DNA of 63,327 nucleotides, counting the filler, from Lenisia limosa (taxonomy: Eukaryota > Protista > Breviatea), in assembly GCA_001655205.1 (NCBI GenBank). It is 7 parts of 7 records of this genome, joined end to end, with 100 filler letters (N's around TTAATTAATTAA, not from the genome) between each part and the next. Parts side by side here need not be neighbours in the genome. Positions count along the whole stretch, not along the records: positions 26,176 to 48,096 come from LPNZ01006411.1; positions 48,197 to 56,584 come from LPNZ01003356.1; 5 more parts are not named here. The stretch is one strand, 5' to 3'. This document shows positions 40,190 through 53,589 of the stretch, piece by piece. The notes under the pieces were generated by a model. The model was given only the letters and a program-made list of their open reading frames with translations. It had not been told where the DNA came from and did not search any database. Each line of letters starts with the position of its first letter. Position 1 is the first letter of the stretch. The position numbers and the translations under genes were made by a program.

Positions 40190-43100
40190 GAGGGACTCTA
40201 CTAGCCTTTGTACAGAGTTCTTCAGGGATTTGAATAGATAGGTCTTTCTCTAAATTACTAAGTTGCAACCACCAAGCAAAGGCAACCGTGTTGTCAAAAC
40301 CAATTTATTACCTTCATCTCGCTCCTCATGTTGACATAGAAGTGTTCGTGGAATCCCATCTAACATTATTATTTACACAAATCATTTGGAAAATGATATT
40401 GTATTAACATAAGGAAACGGACTAATAAACAGAAAAGATATAATGAGAGGATTCCAAAATACTTCTCACAAGACAACATTTGGAAGTTTGTATTACCGGT
40501 ACACAAAAAAATACCTACAAATGTAATATAATACTCAGTTTATCGATTGTGAGTACACATTATTATGAGTAAATTGTGTAACATGAAACATCACATGCAG
40601 CATACCCAATTTGGAAGTTGGACTGAGAGGGTCTGGGATTACATAGTGGGAATGGCCTGCCTTCTTCGCTACAAGCCCACCAACTCCCGCCGCAACAATC
40701 GGAGCAACCAATCCACTGGTTAACAGAATAGCCGCTCCACCCATTCCTAAAACTGGTCAAAAATATTACGTTTTCTATTTCTTTGTATACTTTTATGATA
40801 CTAATAGGTTACCCAATTGCTCAAAAGCAAAACTGGATTTGAAGTTGTCTCAGTAAATGGAATTCACACCAATTGTTTAACCTACCAGCCATTGCTGCGA
40901 TAACGGCCTTTGACCGTCTCCTCTTAGCATGCAAGGGATACTCGGATGTGTCAGAGCTACACAGTGAAAACCGTGTGAAATAAGATTTATTGCGAAAATA
41001 GAGTTTCGGCGCATATTACGGGGGTTAAATCTCAAAGATCTTCCACTTGTAAAAGCACAGTAAAGTTGAAATGGTTGTACCCATATCACCCACTATCACT
41101 GACCCCATCTGAACACAGTACACACTGAGATATCACTTGAAGCAGCAACTTAAAACATCAACTTGCCCAACCCTACACTTGAAATAACACGCCAGCTTCG
41201 ATCCTTGTGGAGAAGTTGTCGTCAACTTCTAGGTTAGAAAGGAGGGTGTGGTTGAGAGACTTCCATTGTTGCCGCACCCGGGATTCGTCTGAGCCGTCGG
41301 GACCTTGATGCGCCTCTAATGTGTTACTACTATTTAATATGAAATAGTATATCTATTATATGTTTACATCAGTCAAAATTGTGAGCTCATGGCTTCTAAT
41401 GTAAGATTTTGTGGAGAGAAAATTGAAAAATCTATGTTTTTGTTAGAAAAAAATTACACATCAGGTTTGAATTGAATTTTTATTTCATAAGAGCAAAGCT
41501 ATTATGTGGTACACTGGTGATATGATATTGCAAGTTGCCAATTTTAACATGTAAATCAAGCGGCAAACCAAGGACAATTTTGTTCATCTGTGACAGCGCC
41601 CAGCTGGGAATACCTGGCAGTTTGTAGCGCTGTAGTAGTAAAAAAGGACAACAATTCGTTGACACAAAACATATGAATTCAAAAGTTACTAGTATAATGA
41701 TATTTGTGCATATGAAGTTGTCATACCACAATTTAACTGACAGAATGTGATATAAAGTTTTACGAATGGAGTTTCGGTAAGATTACAATGTTTTGACAAG
41801 AACATAGCAGACCTGGTAGCCATGCTTTTCGAGAGATCTACTTCGCTCCATTCGAATAAAAGGGGCTGTTTCACTGTCGACAGATTCCAACTAAATACAT
41901 TTTAGAAATAATAAAAATATGCATGGCATGCCTTTGTTGTATTATGAATAATTGTCTTCTTATAAGTACATTACTGATGTAAAATGTCGTAATTTAGTCT
42001 TGGAATTGACTATGCATATTGTAAAACATCATCTCAGCAATTCTCAGACAAATTTACGTGAGTGATAATATTACTTAAATCTTCAATGAAACGCACTTCT
42101 CAACTTGGCTCGATCAATCCAGTTTACCTCCCGATAGTATCATGCTTATGTAATTGACCTTTATTCGCAACTGCCCACCGTATCAAATTCAGGCAATGAC
42201 TGACTTATCTCTACTTTGTCTTCATACGCGATGTTTGGTTCAACTGGTGAATTATTGTGTGTAAAGAACTGGTAAATTGTTTTGAGAATAATACAAAAAC
42301 ACAACTCACCTTGTTCCAATTCCATATCAGGTTTTTCATTTGGCTTGAGAATACTGCTTCTATTAATACAGTTAAGATTCAAAAATGTAGAAATATTGAC
42401 ACTGAAAATTCTCAATTCTCCAAATAAGAAACACATCCTAACCTTCTCAACTTCCAGCCGTTGACAACAGTAACAGTCCCATCGTCAACATCGGCTATGA
42501 CATCCACAGACTCGGACCTGTTAGCCAAATGAACAAAGGATAAGGAATATGTAAAAAAGAATGAGTCAAAGAGACTAATCAAGTATGTTTTGGGATAATA
42601 TACATAGCTATGTAGATGGATTGTAAACATAACATATGTGTGTATGTCGAGTAATTATTGCATTCAACGATATGATATGGAAACTGTTTCAACCCTACAT
42701 GCTGTGGGTGAGGTGTGGGTTAGTGGTGGCAAGTATAAGAGGAAGGTGTGAGGGTTGGGACGAAATCTCATCTAGTGAAGGCACTGTCACCACAAATCGT
42801 TGCAACCTACAATAGTTAGTCAAACTTTAACATCATGACTGAGCCTTTTCTTTGTCAATTACCATTTTACATACAGTATTGTGCACAATTGGTCATTTAT
42901 GATTTTCTTTATTACTGATATTCGACAATGCAAGAATATTATACTCCTCTGTAGATAAATGACAGTATAATATTCCTGCAAAACCATAGGTACCAAGCCC
43001 CTTACGATTGAAGTGGCGCTGTTAAGAGAAGAAGACTGAAGGCAATTCGAGTGGCCAAATCAGGACTGCTCGATAGGACGACAATTCTTCCACTACATAG

Positions 43101-45050
43101 CATCGCTATCCTGAATTGATTTAGTGTGTTACAAGTTTTAACTGTAAGTGAAATACTAATAATATATCCTACCATAGGGCTTGAATGTTGTAGCGAAAGA
43201 TTAGAATGATGTCAACTAATCTAAAAAGAGAACATTCGTAATCGATTGAAATGCCCTGCGGCCATGGGGGCTCCAATTCTAAACAGAATGTCACTATTTA
43301 TGCCAATCCAAAACAATAGTACAAAAATAGAACTCACCCATCAAGTCACAATTCAGTGTGAATGTATTTAAAGCGTCTGCAATTTCATAATCTTTTCTTC
43401 AAAACAACCCCCAACAGTTCCTTCCTGACCTACCAATACCAAACAGTGTTGTTTGAGGTGGATCGCAAGTGAGATATGTCTGTATTTCAGCAGCTATAGA
43501 GTAAATTTGAAGAACACAATTTTTCCGTTTTACTTTCTAAAATAACCTTAATAAAAAAAAGCTTCATCCAAATTGAGCAATTATTTGTCAACAACCTACC
43601 AAGTTGTTGACATGTTGCAGCATTGGTCAGGTTTTGTTTGACCAGGTGGTTTCCAATCACTGACAAAATTGGGGCTATTGTATTGAATATCGGAACTACT
43701 GACCTATTACTAGTTAAAATAACTGAGACATTGGAGTACTTTGAATAGCAATATGAGCATATGAAATATCGTATTTTGATAATACATGCCAGATTATGCT
43801 ATTTGTATGCAACTGACTAATCAGAAATAAAGGAGCTTACCAAACTGTGACAGAGAAAATTTTCGCTCCTCTTGACTGCAAAATATCTAAGAAGTGAACT
43901 GGTAAGATAGTACAAAAATAACATACCTATTATACCCTATCATATGCAATGTACTTTTTTGGCCACCTTTTGATTTACCCAAACTCTTCAACAATGGGGC
44001 TTATACCATAAAACCTATCCTTTGATGATATACAACACATGGTAGAATTTGGTTATCAGAAGACGTGGAAAATGACACATGATAATGGTAAGATCCCCAC
44101 CTCGTTTTGAAGAGACAAGGCTGAGTGCAAACACGGGATGGTCGTCTGAAAACGTTCTGAAGACCGATGTGTGGACACATTCCTGGGGGTGTTACCCATG
44201 ATGGAGAGAAAAGGGGAAATCAAATATTACATTCAAATATTACCAAATCCAGTACACCAAGGATTCATTATGTTTAAGCAGCAATTTGTCAGCATTTTCC
44301 CATCCCACTGTCCCGGGCTGACAAGCGAACCGAACAGGTGGATGGCGAATTTGGTAGACTTCTGTCAGGTCGTGGTGGTGGGAGCCCTCGGGTATCAAGC
44401 TGATAAGTAAAATACGACATTTTATTATTCAGGTATGTACAAAAGGATATATTTCATCATAGCCATTAACCAAGGGGTATGAAATTACAACAATTATCAA
44501 CAAGATTACAACATACAAATTGAGCACACACAACAGCAGACCAAAGCTCGAGTTAAAAGATGATCTTCAGTCAAGACAGCCATGAAGCTCACCTCTCTGC
44601 CTTGAAGATGTCAGGAGGAATTTCGGGATCCATCGCCATGATCAAAGGGCCGCTGACAGTGTCGAAGTCTGGATGTTATTGTTTTGGTAATACTGTTGGT
44701 ATGATATTCTAGATATAAAAGAGAACTCGATATGAACAATGAAGTAAGGATTGTCAAATGAATATTTAATTGGGTTTGAAAATTTGGACAGCTTTAGGCA
44801 ATGTCACCAAAGATATTGATATACCACGCTCACTGCAAATGATGACTCCCATGTGGGCCACATTCCGTTTATATCGCACATCGGGACGGAACAGCTGCCT
44901 TGGGGAAGAAACCGTCTCCCCTGCCCCTGACATCCTTCTATTATGGAAGCGTTTGCGGGGTGATTGACTCACATTGCAACTACATAGGCATCAGGAGAAA
45001 CACGGATTGTACGAAGGTTGTTATGGCCGAGATGTTGTGGCTCAACTGAT
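40190..45050 (-). CDS. DENN-domain protein (DENND6/DENND11/AVL9-like) with a C-terminal hydrophobic segment; ends approximate
   Basis: VIICNFDTVSGP (uDENN), LIPEGSHHHDL..VYQI, ALWIAMLCSGRIVVLSSSPDLATRIAFSLLLLTAPL, LPLILATTNPHL (cDENN). Later: VIAAMAVLGMGGAAILLTSGLVAPIVAAGVGGL. Confidence 0.65.
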
Positions 45051-45439
45051 TTGTTTTAATGGAGTGGAATTATGTGCAGTAAGGGAATGGGAGAAATCGA
45101 AGAAACCAAATAAGCAAATGAAATGAGTAACACAACGGAAGAAACTGAGCCATTTACCAATTACCAAATATAGTAAATGGTCAAAAGGACAGGATTTTTG
45201 ACAGTTTTGGCAGAAAAAGGAAAATCGGGGAAACGCAATCAAAAAACACAAAATTTAATAATCAGTTCTCAATGACAGTTTCTTGTGTCGTCGGCAGTAA
45301 ACTACTTAAAAAGTCCACAAAATTTGATCCATTGACTTGTGCCCTCTAAAAATACTGTGTTTTTTACTGTTTTTTTTCGTCCATTGTTTTCCTTCTGACA
45401 ACAATGTGACAGTGTTACCCTTTTACCCTTTTACTTGAT

Positions 45440-48040
45440 GCTACTAACATCGATCATCGATTATACCTTGCTTGAACCCTCGCCCCCGCACCATCCTTTG
45501 GACAAGATTCAAGATGGCTATTGTAAGCATAAGTGATAATATAATAATGCTATTGTATGTCAAATCTCGTATGATAGAATAATGCAAATAGCTTGTTGCC
45601 AGTACAGGAAAGCCCTGTACGGCCCGATCTAGACGTCATCAGAGATGCAAAAGAGCAGGTGAAGTTCTACTCTGAAATTTGTGGATCACAATGACAAGCA
45701 TATTTTCTATCATATCACGTGTGAACGATCATTTTCCACCTGATGATAATATCGCAATGGATATCTGATACACTTGGGATGAACTCTCATGTTTGACTTT
45801 TCGGGCATTTGACCGTGTCAGTATCAGATGTGTACAACATGTCTTGGTTTTAAGCATCCTACAACCTGATAATAAAGACAACCGCTCTTCTAATTCATGA
45901 TTTAGGCCCTTAATAGTATCAAAGGCGACTGGAAAAGGAACAATGATTTCAAATCAGGGAAAAGTAGGTTGTCTTTTTCAACGTAGGGGTTCAAACCAAC
46001 GCAATTGTTTTCTACACTCCGGTTGAATTTGATTCTGCTCAAGGGTACCCGGATATATTTTACAGGGGGGGGGGGGTNNNNNNNNNNNNNNNNNNNNNNN
46101 NNNNNNNNNNNNNNNNNNNNNNNNNNNNNNNNNNNNNNNNNNNNNNNNNNNNNNNNNNNNNNNNNNNNNNNNNNNNNNNNNNNNCATTTTCACACATATA
46201 AACTTGTAAACTGTCATTCTGTCAGATACGATTATGTTAAAATAGTCAGCATCCTAATGATAACTCGGCATCCAACTCTTGTTTTCTCCTCAAACTTTAG
46301 TCAATGATAGTATCCAAGGCGGATAATATCACTAGTGCATATGGGGCACAATGTTCTACTTTACTATTTTTTTTTTTTTTTATCATTTGTCCTTTCGTCA
46401 TAACCTTAGTGGGTGCTAAGAGGCTTTGTGTTTATGGCCAACAAAGATGAAGCGCTGGTTTACAAGAAAGAAGGTCTGGAAAATCTGAGCTTCGTGTGCC
46501 TTTTTCCATGTTAACCCTCATCTGCTATCCTCTCTGTTTGGCCTGTTCCTCTGTTCCCCACGTTATTCACTGTTTCATTGCTCGTTCATCCTTTTAGTTC
46601 AGGAGTCTTCAGACGAAAGCAGAATTCAAGAAGGTTGGTGGCAATCTAGATTCTTTTTGTTTTACAATGGAGCATGTCATTCTGTTGATTTTTTATCACT
46701 GCATCAAAAAAATAGAACAATTAAATCACTTTTGTTATTTCCACAGTTAAATGAAAGGAATTCAATCTTGCTGCCCTTTACAAAGAAACACTGCTGACAA
46801 ATGAAGCCCTTCACACCAGGGAAGAATAATTGCATCTTGCTCTGCTGTTGTACATTTGTTGATCATTGTCTGTGTCTGTTGTCAGTTTTTTTGTTGTATG
46901 TATGTTTATTTAAGTTGTTAAACTGTCTTTGTTGACGAATTCCGAAGAAATTCATAAATAACATGATTTGTGACTTTTGTTAATATGAAAATGATTGAGA
47001 AGAAGACGGAAATAACATTGCAGAGTCAACATTAAGAAAGCCGGGGTCCAATCGGATCCCATTTTGCATTTGCGTTTTTGACCCCTGTCCATAAGAACCA
47101 ACAAAATAAATTACATTAACAACAAAAACAATCAAAACGAGCTCTCTCTCATAATACAAATGACTAACTAGAAAAATATTACACTACACCATACTCCTGG
47201 CAGTTGGAATGACACCCCCTTCGTCCTGATACTGCGCAGGTTATTTCACTGGAAACTGCCAGTACCGTGTCAGTACCATGATATCATATTATATAACGGT
47301 TATGAGCGGACAAAAACTGGCAGCAATAAGTCCTGACAAGTTTGACGAAATATAAAACTCAATATCCGTGTCCGGACTTATCATGGTCAAAATTATAGTC
47401 TCTTCAATGCCGGTTATGCATATGACAAAAGTCTATCCAGAGACCCCCCCCCCCCNNNNNNNNNNNNNNNNNNNNNNNNNNNNNNNNNNNNNNNNNNNNN
47501 NNNNNNNNNNNNNNNNNNNNNNNNNNNGAGGGGAGAATCATGAACACTGACGGTTCCGGCCTGAAGAATATGAGTGAATTCATTGAAAGTTGCGTCACAA
47601 AATCAAACCCAGAATATCAATATCATATCAGAAAAGACACCCATAGATGCTCAAGTGCTTTCGTTCAATCCAAGAAAACAACTCAAGGCGGGAATGGCAA
47701 AAAATCAAAACGACCAAAGCTATACGGCCTACATTTTGGCTTCTTCCAGAGACAGTGTTGACGCTTGTGACTCAATACTTCTGTTCAGTGTCAGGCTCGC
47801 TATAATATCAGCGAAGTGGTTGGAGTGTGATTGTGGGGATGTAATGGAGGGATGTAATAAAGTGATGGTGATTGGACTCCATATTCAACCTTTCCTCTAA
47901 AGGTATAGTATTAACAAGGTAAGAAGGCAACATGACTTCCCAAAGTGGAGAAAAGTCACCACAATGTCGACAGTAATTTTTTGGTAAGTCCAGACTTGTC
48001 CGGCATACAGGGTGTAGCACTTGAGTTGAGGGACTGGTGG
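45440..48040 (+). CDS. Hypothetical multi-exon gene (fragmentary)
   Basis: Plausible GT-AG exons, e.g. ..PLDKIQDGY|LQESPVRPDLDVIRDAKEQ and WVLRGFVFMANKDEALVYKKE. No family recognised. Confidence 0.3.
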
Positions 48041-48096
48041 GCTTCCAAAAGAGCAAGTCGGTGCTACGGTGTCAAAAATGGTGAGAACAAACACCG

Positions 48097-48196
48097 NNNN
48101 NNNNNNNNNNNNNNNNNNNNNNNNNNNNNNNNNNNNNNNNTTAATTAATTAANNNNNNNNNNNNNNNNNNNNNNNNNNNNNNNNNNNNNNNNNNNN
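48097..48196. other. Artificial scaffold linker
   Basis: N44-TTAATTAATTAA-N44. Confidence 0.95.
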
Positions 48197-48205
48197 CCCT
48201 CCTAC

Positions 48206-51200
48206 CTTGTACAATCCGAAGCACTTGGAGTAGCCTCTGCAGCATTAAAACAGATATGATATATCGCACATGTTTTGTTAGAAGTCTCTGAGGTTTTTCA
48301 TTTCTGGAAGAAGCAAAAAATTGCACCCCCATATGCCCTCCCCCCTCCCACAAGTCCCATTCGTAGTTGTCCATAAAGGTCCAGGCTAGATAGCCGCGAA
48401 TATCCGCACCATCGTCAATCGATTTCTGAGGCGTGACAAAAGGCAGGGCAATAATACTCATAATACTCATAATAACAGAAACAACAACAATAATAATAGT
48501 AATAATATTAATAATAACAATAGATAGATGATATAACAATGAGAGATGAAAAAACTAAGGATGTATCTGGCCGAAGCCATCCACACCATCACGCTTAAGA
48601 GATATTGGATTATAGTATAATATTAATTCACCCAATCATTTGCTTTACAGCTATGTGAACACAACTTTCTGCGTGCCTCCCCAGCATACATAGCAATAAT
48701 AATAATAATAATAATAGAGTGTTAAAGGGAGGGACAATAACGAGTCAAAAGGGAAAATAAGTTATGTCTAGAAAATATATGACAAAAAGAAGGAGAACAA
48801 TACATGCTAAAACGAAAGAAAATAATGTCTGTCAAAGGGTGGGCGAAACACGAAAAAACGAAATAATAGTACTATGTCAAAAAGAAGGAAAATGATTTCA
48901 GTTAAAAGAAACAAGCTGTTGACAAGTAAGGAGAACCACACACCCATCTCCTAGTAGGAATCAAGAGAGGAAGAAGGCATCGAAAAGGGTTTAGGACAAA
49001 GTGAACACCCCACCTTAACCGCTTTCAGTACCCTGGGAATGTACCATTGTCGCCGCTCGTCCTGCTGGGATAAGGGTTGTTGCCATAAGAGTAGGGCTTC
49101 CACGGTCCGAAAAAGACCTGGGAAGTATCGATATTTATCGAAGATTTATCGAAAAAGTCAGTATTGTTTTTAGGCCGTAGGGACGCCCTTTTTTTATTGT
49201 TTCATTTTACTCCCTGTGCCACCCACTGGAAATTCGCTGTCAGCAAGGCCGCTCTCGGTGATAATCACAGGGGCTGGGTACTGCTTCAGTTCCATCATTG
49301 CGTCGTACATGGATTGCGGAGTCAAGTCTGGTGAGGGGGGGGGGTAAAACGAAGGAAATTTCGATGAGGAATATTGGCGTAAAGGTACTAATCAAGAACC
49401 GAAGTGAATGCTGTTTATTAGTTGGAAACACAATTGAGAGACATAACTACAATTATCAAACAGTTTTCTATGCAGGGGGAGAGGGGGATAAAAGCACAAC
49501 AAAATCAACTCTGATAGCTCAGCGTTTTAGAAACACACAAGGAAAACAGAAAACCAAGGAAAAGTCAGGGTTGTCACTTCTGCTGCACCATCTATAAAGA
49601 GTATATGGCGTAAGTGGGTAGAATTTCTAACGGAAAATCGAAAGTTATGAAGTATTTAGGACGAAGGGGTTGCAGAACACAACCGAGCCCCCTACCCCAG
49701 TCCATATCACTGATCTTGGTTTTGTCAACCTGGAGTATGAGAAGATAAAAGCAGTATTTACTTGTCCCAAAAGAATCGAGTGCACTGGGCTTGGCTTTAA
49801 AAGATGTAAAATACGATGGGAAAAAAAAAAAGAAAAAAAAAAAAGAATGAAATCCANNNNNNNNNNNNNNNNNNNNNNNNNNNNNNNNNNNNNNNNNNNN
49901 NNNNNNNNNNNNNNNNNNNNNNNNNNNGAACATGACGTTCCAAAATTGCCATGTCAAAATGATGAAGTTCATGGTAAGAGCGACTATTCTATAATAATAT
50001 ACGAAATCATTATATGATACTATCAGACAATATTACAGATTTTATATGAAATGACCCACTTTGGGGTCATGGAAGTTGTGGAACGGGCCTCTGAGTCCCA
50101 CTCCGATCCGGTTGCGGTAGTAGTGATTGATACCTAAAGAGGGGAGTAAAACGAAGGGACTGAAAAAAAAAAAAAAGCGGAGGAGGATGAAAAGGTGAAA
50201 TGGACAAATAACAAAACTGAGTCCCATCCTTACCAATGAAGTCCGCCGTGCCTTTGACCCTGGGATGGTAGGACTTGACATAGGGCAGGGGGGGTATACA
50301 GAGACCGTAGGGTGCTAGGCGGATCTGGCCTGGGGAGGGGGGTATGAAAAAAAGCCCAAAATCAAGTCTGGGGGTGAATATGGAAATTTATTCATTGCTT
50401 AAAAGCCCCAGAATCTACTCTTAGGCATTTTGGAAAGTTCTTCATCCTCCCACGACAGTTTAGTGTATATCACCCCTCTTGAATAGCCCACCTGTGAATA
50501 AAGCGTTGAGAGGACTGGTATTGACGAGTCTGTTCATCATGGACGTTAACACCACGTCTCCAAGGTGCCATGACCGGTATGCCTCCCACTGATTCGATTA
50601 GAGGTGGTGATGGTAACGGTGGTGGTGATGTTGGTGATGATGGTGATATTGATGATGATCTTTAGATTGCTAAAAGGAGCCTAGGATCTTGGGATGATAA
50701 TAGGGAAATTGAAGAATTGATTTCAGCATTGTAAATTGATAAAAACTCGAGGGTATGTATGTAATCCACCAACTTTGACAATAGCCTTCACGACTCCAAC
50801 GAAGCATCCGTGCGTGGCGTGATTGCTGAAAGATATGTTGCTGCTTTTGAACTGACAATTGCAGATGTACAACATGAGTATTATTTCATACCAAATATTT
50901 AGAAATGATAAATAAACCGGTAATATATAATGCCACACAATCCATGGGTTGCCCCATACCTGAGCTTGGTATGCATTTCATGCATGATGTGGTAAGCTTC
51001 TCCGTGACAGATGAGCATTGTTTCTAGGGCTAGAGAAGAGGTAATTAAGGATATTATTCGTGAGTTTGAGAAAGGGTCAATCACCAACACAAACAGTCGG
51101 TTCAAAAGTCCCACTGCTATTGGAGCAACATTGTTTAAGTCTGTCAATGATATAATAAAGGTCTAGCCGCACCAGAATCATAAGATGATGATGTAGATTC

Positions 51201-53449
51201 TGATGGACGTATATGAAAACGCGAGAAAACAGTCCCAAATATCACAATCAAAATCAAGTGGGTTTATCAAAACTGTGCTTCATTTTGACGTAAATCCCTT
51301 GTTTGCCTTTTTACCAGCAATATTTACAATAAAATGTCTCCGAGACTCCTTATAAAATTCGGCTTAGCAACCCATCAACAAGATTTTTTACCTTTCGCTT
51401 ATTTTCCTTTTGATATCATTGGAAAACGGNNNNNNNNNNNNNNNNNNNNNNNNNNNNNNNNNNNNNNNNNNNNNNNNNNNNNNNNNNNNNNNNNNNNNNN
51501 NNNNNNNNNNNNNNNNNNNNNNNNNNNGGGGTGCATTCCAACTTCATAGCTGCCGAGATGAGGAAAATGAAACAATGAGCCCTATTTCCGGGTGTCTCTT
51601 TTAAAAAAAACGTCAGTAGTTGCAAAAATTATTAACCTTTTATTATTTTGATTTTGTTCATAAAAATACCACTTTTATCACACATTATTATTTAAAGACG
51701 CTGCCACCCCCCTTTAGATGAGCCAATATTTCAAGATTATAAATAGCATATAAGGATTGAGTAATAATGACTAAAAGTTTTACATAATTGCATTGGTAAT
51801 AATAAAGAGAAATAGTCTCCCTCTACTCCCTCTCATACCCACACATTCTTTTCCCATCACAACCACGCCAACCCCACTAAAGACACGCAACCCTAAAGAC
51901 ACGCCAACCCCAACCACCCCCACCCCAGTAAAGACACGCCAACAGGCTCATTGATTGTGCACCAGAATTCAACGACGTCTCCGAGTACCGAGTACACCTA
52001 ATATGGTGATGTGATGTAATCATGGTGTTGGTGAGGGATACTGATGAAGGTGTTCGATTTGGCTATTGTCGTATGCGGAAAGTCTTTATTGATTTGACGG
52101 GATATCCTACTATGTATACACACACACATTTGATGATCATAGCAAGGAAACGTGAGTACTATTGTCCTCATTGTGATATGATACCCCCTCCCCCGCCCAC
52201 AGCCTCCACATATTTTGAGAACCTTGTAACCATGCGCTCTCTATCAAGCCAAGGCTCCTCACCCATCCAGAGGGGATGCGTGCTGTGGTCATCAGCAAAT
52301 GATTGTTCACCCCTTTCTTAGCGTGATTTATATTAATTTTTTATTGTTAAAAAAACATGAGCAAAAGTTCGGATGATGTCTGAAGAGGAAAGCTCCGCAG
52401 TTTGGATGATATTATCGGAGTATTTCAGTACTTCCCAAAAGTTCGAAAAAAGACCATTAAAATATCAATTTGTTTCTTGGAGTATTAGAGGAATTGGGTT
52501 TTTGTACCCGAAGTGACCCCTTTTCGCATCATCAAGCACCCCCCAACAAGTGGTGCAATGTAACCATGGGCCTGATGCCGCGCCGCCGGAGCTCGAGAGC
52601 CCAGGACCTATATCTACCGAGCGCGTTTTCGTCAATTTGATCTTCTTCCGGCTCCACGCGGCTCCATTCAAGAGAAAATCTGGGGGGGGGGAGAGAGAGT
52701 AAAATTGAAACAATTATGAAACAAAACCGGGGGTGGGTAAGGGTCATGTTTAGGAGTTCTCTACGGTCTACAATAAGACTGGATTGCTCGAATAGTCCAT
52801 GATAAATATCATATTGTTACTGTCCGGCTTTTTAAACCGAAAATGATGCCCCCCTAACGCCAGAATTCTTCATTGAAATTTCCTTCGTTTTACTCCCCCA
52901 ACTAATACCTTACCCTCCCACCTAAAGAAGTTCACACCCATGTCAGAGAGGAGCTCAATGTCGTGTGTCAGAAATCGGTCCCACATTTCACATGCGTTTG
53001 CTGAGGGCTATTTGGTTAGTTTGCTGTGCTAAGGGAGCATGTGGAGATAAGGGAAATAAAACAAGGGAGTGTTTGGCCCAAGTCGTCCACATCATATTGG
53101 ATAAGAGCATTCATCCAATATTTAATAATAGTTGCAATTCCATACACACAGCTTTCCGCGTATCTTCTCGGTATATCATAAAAATAACCATAGTAGAACA
53201 TACGATACGTACGATATAATATAGCAATTATATACCGACAATAAACCCTGCAAACTTCGATTCCCTTCTTTTCTGCAAACTCGGTCCAATTATTAACCGT
53301 GCCGCCCTCGTTCTGATGCGCAGCGCAAGCCACCCCCATAAGAAAGCCCGGGGGGAAGGTCAGATCCTCTTCCTATATATGGTAAGTCTTGATGTACTTT
53401 AAAGCTTAACAAAACGAGCCACAAAATAACAAAAAAGGACAATCATCAT
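48206..53449 (-). CDS. Glycoside hydrolase family 1 beta-glucosidase (3' end cut by scaffold end)
   Basis: FPPGFLMGVACAAHQNEG, RFSLEWSRVEP, PMVTLHHFTHPLW, WCTINEP (acid/base), KGTADFIGINHY, SDMDW, IITESG (nucleophile), IRGYLAWTFMDNYEW, GYSKCFGLY. Confidence 0.93.
48540..48682 (-). repeat. Family C repeat, full-length copy
   Basis: Matches 12261-12395 and the reverse copy at 53470-53578. Confidence 0.8.
49092..49190. mobile_element. hAT-type MITE, family A
   Basis: TAGGGCTTCCACGGTCC...GGCCGTAGGGACGCCCTT. Confidence 0.75.
49330..49387 (-). repeat. Family E short acceptor-associated repeat
   Basis: ACGCCAATATTCCTCATCGAAATTTCCTTCGTTTTACCCCCC..CAG|exon. Copies at 24575-24627 (+), ~50140 (-), ~3250 (-) and ~52857-52900 (+). 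Confidence 0.75.
51860..51945 (-). repeat. Imperfect tandem copies of a GH1 exon end inside the adjacent intron
   Basis: GTTGGCGTGTCTTTA occurs in the exon, followed by 2-3 intronic copies separated by G-rich spacers. Confidence 0.7.
52751..52856. mobile_element. hAT-type MITE, family A (diverged)
   Basis: TAGGAGTTCTCTACGGTC...AACCGAAAATGATGCCCCCTA. Confidence 0.55.
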
Positions 53450-53589
53450 ACTCTACCTCTCTATGCTGGGAAGGCACAGAAAGCTGAGTGAATTAATATT
53501 ATACTATAATTCAATATCTCTTACAAGCGTGATGGTGTGGACGGATACAACCTTGTTTTGTATTACTCATTGCTATAATAAAAAATCTA

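Noticed and set aside
40535-40960. TMCO4/DUF726 orthologue
   Set aside because: Only the hydrophobic segment resembles it; downstream exons lack the alpha/beta-hydrolase motifs (e.g. GxSLG).
47540-48236. Continuation of GH1 into 47.5-48.1 kb
   Set aside because: An artificial linker separates the two, and no GH1 C-terminal motif is visible there.
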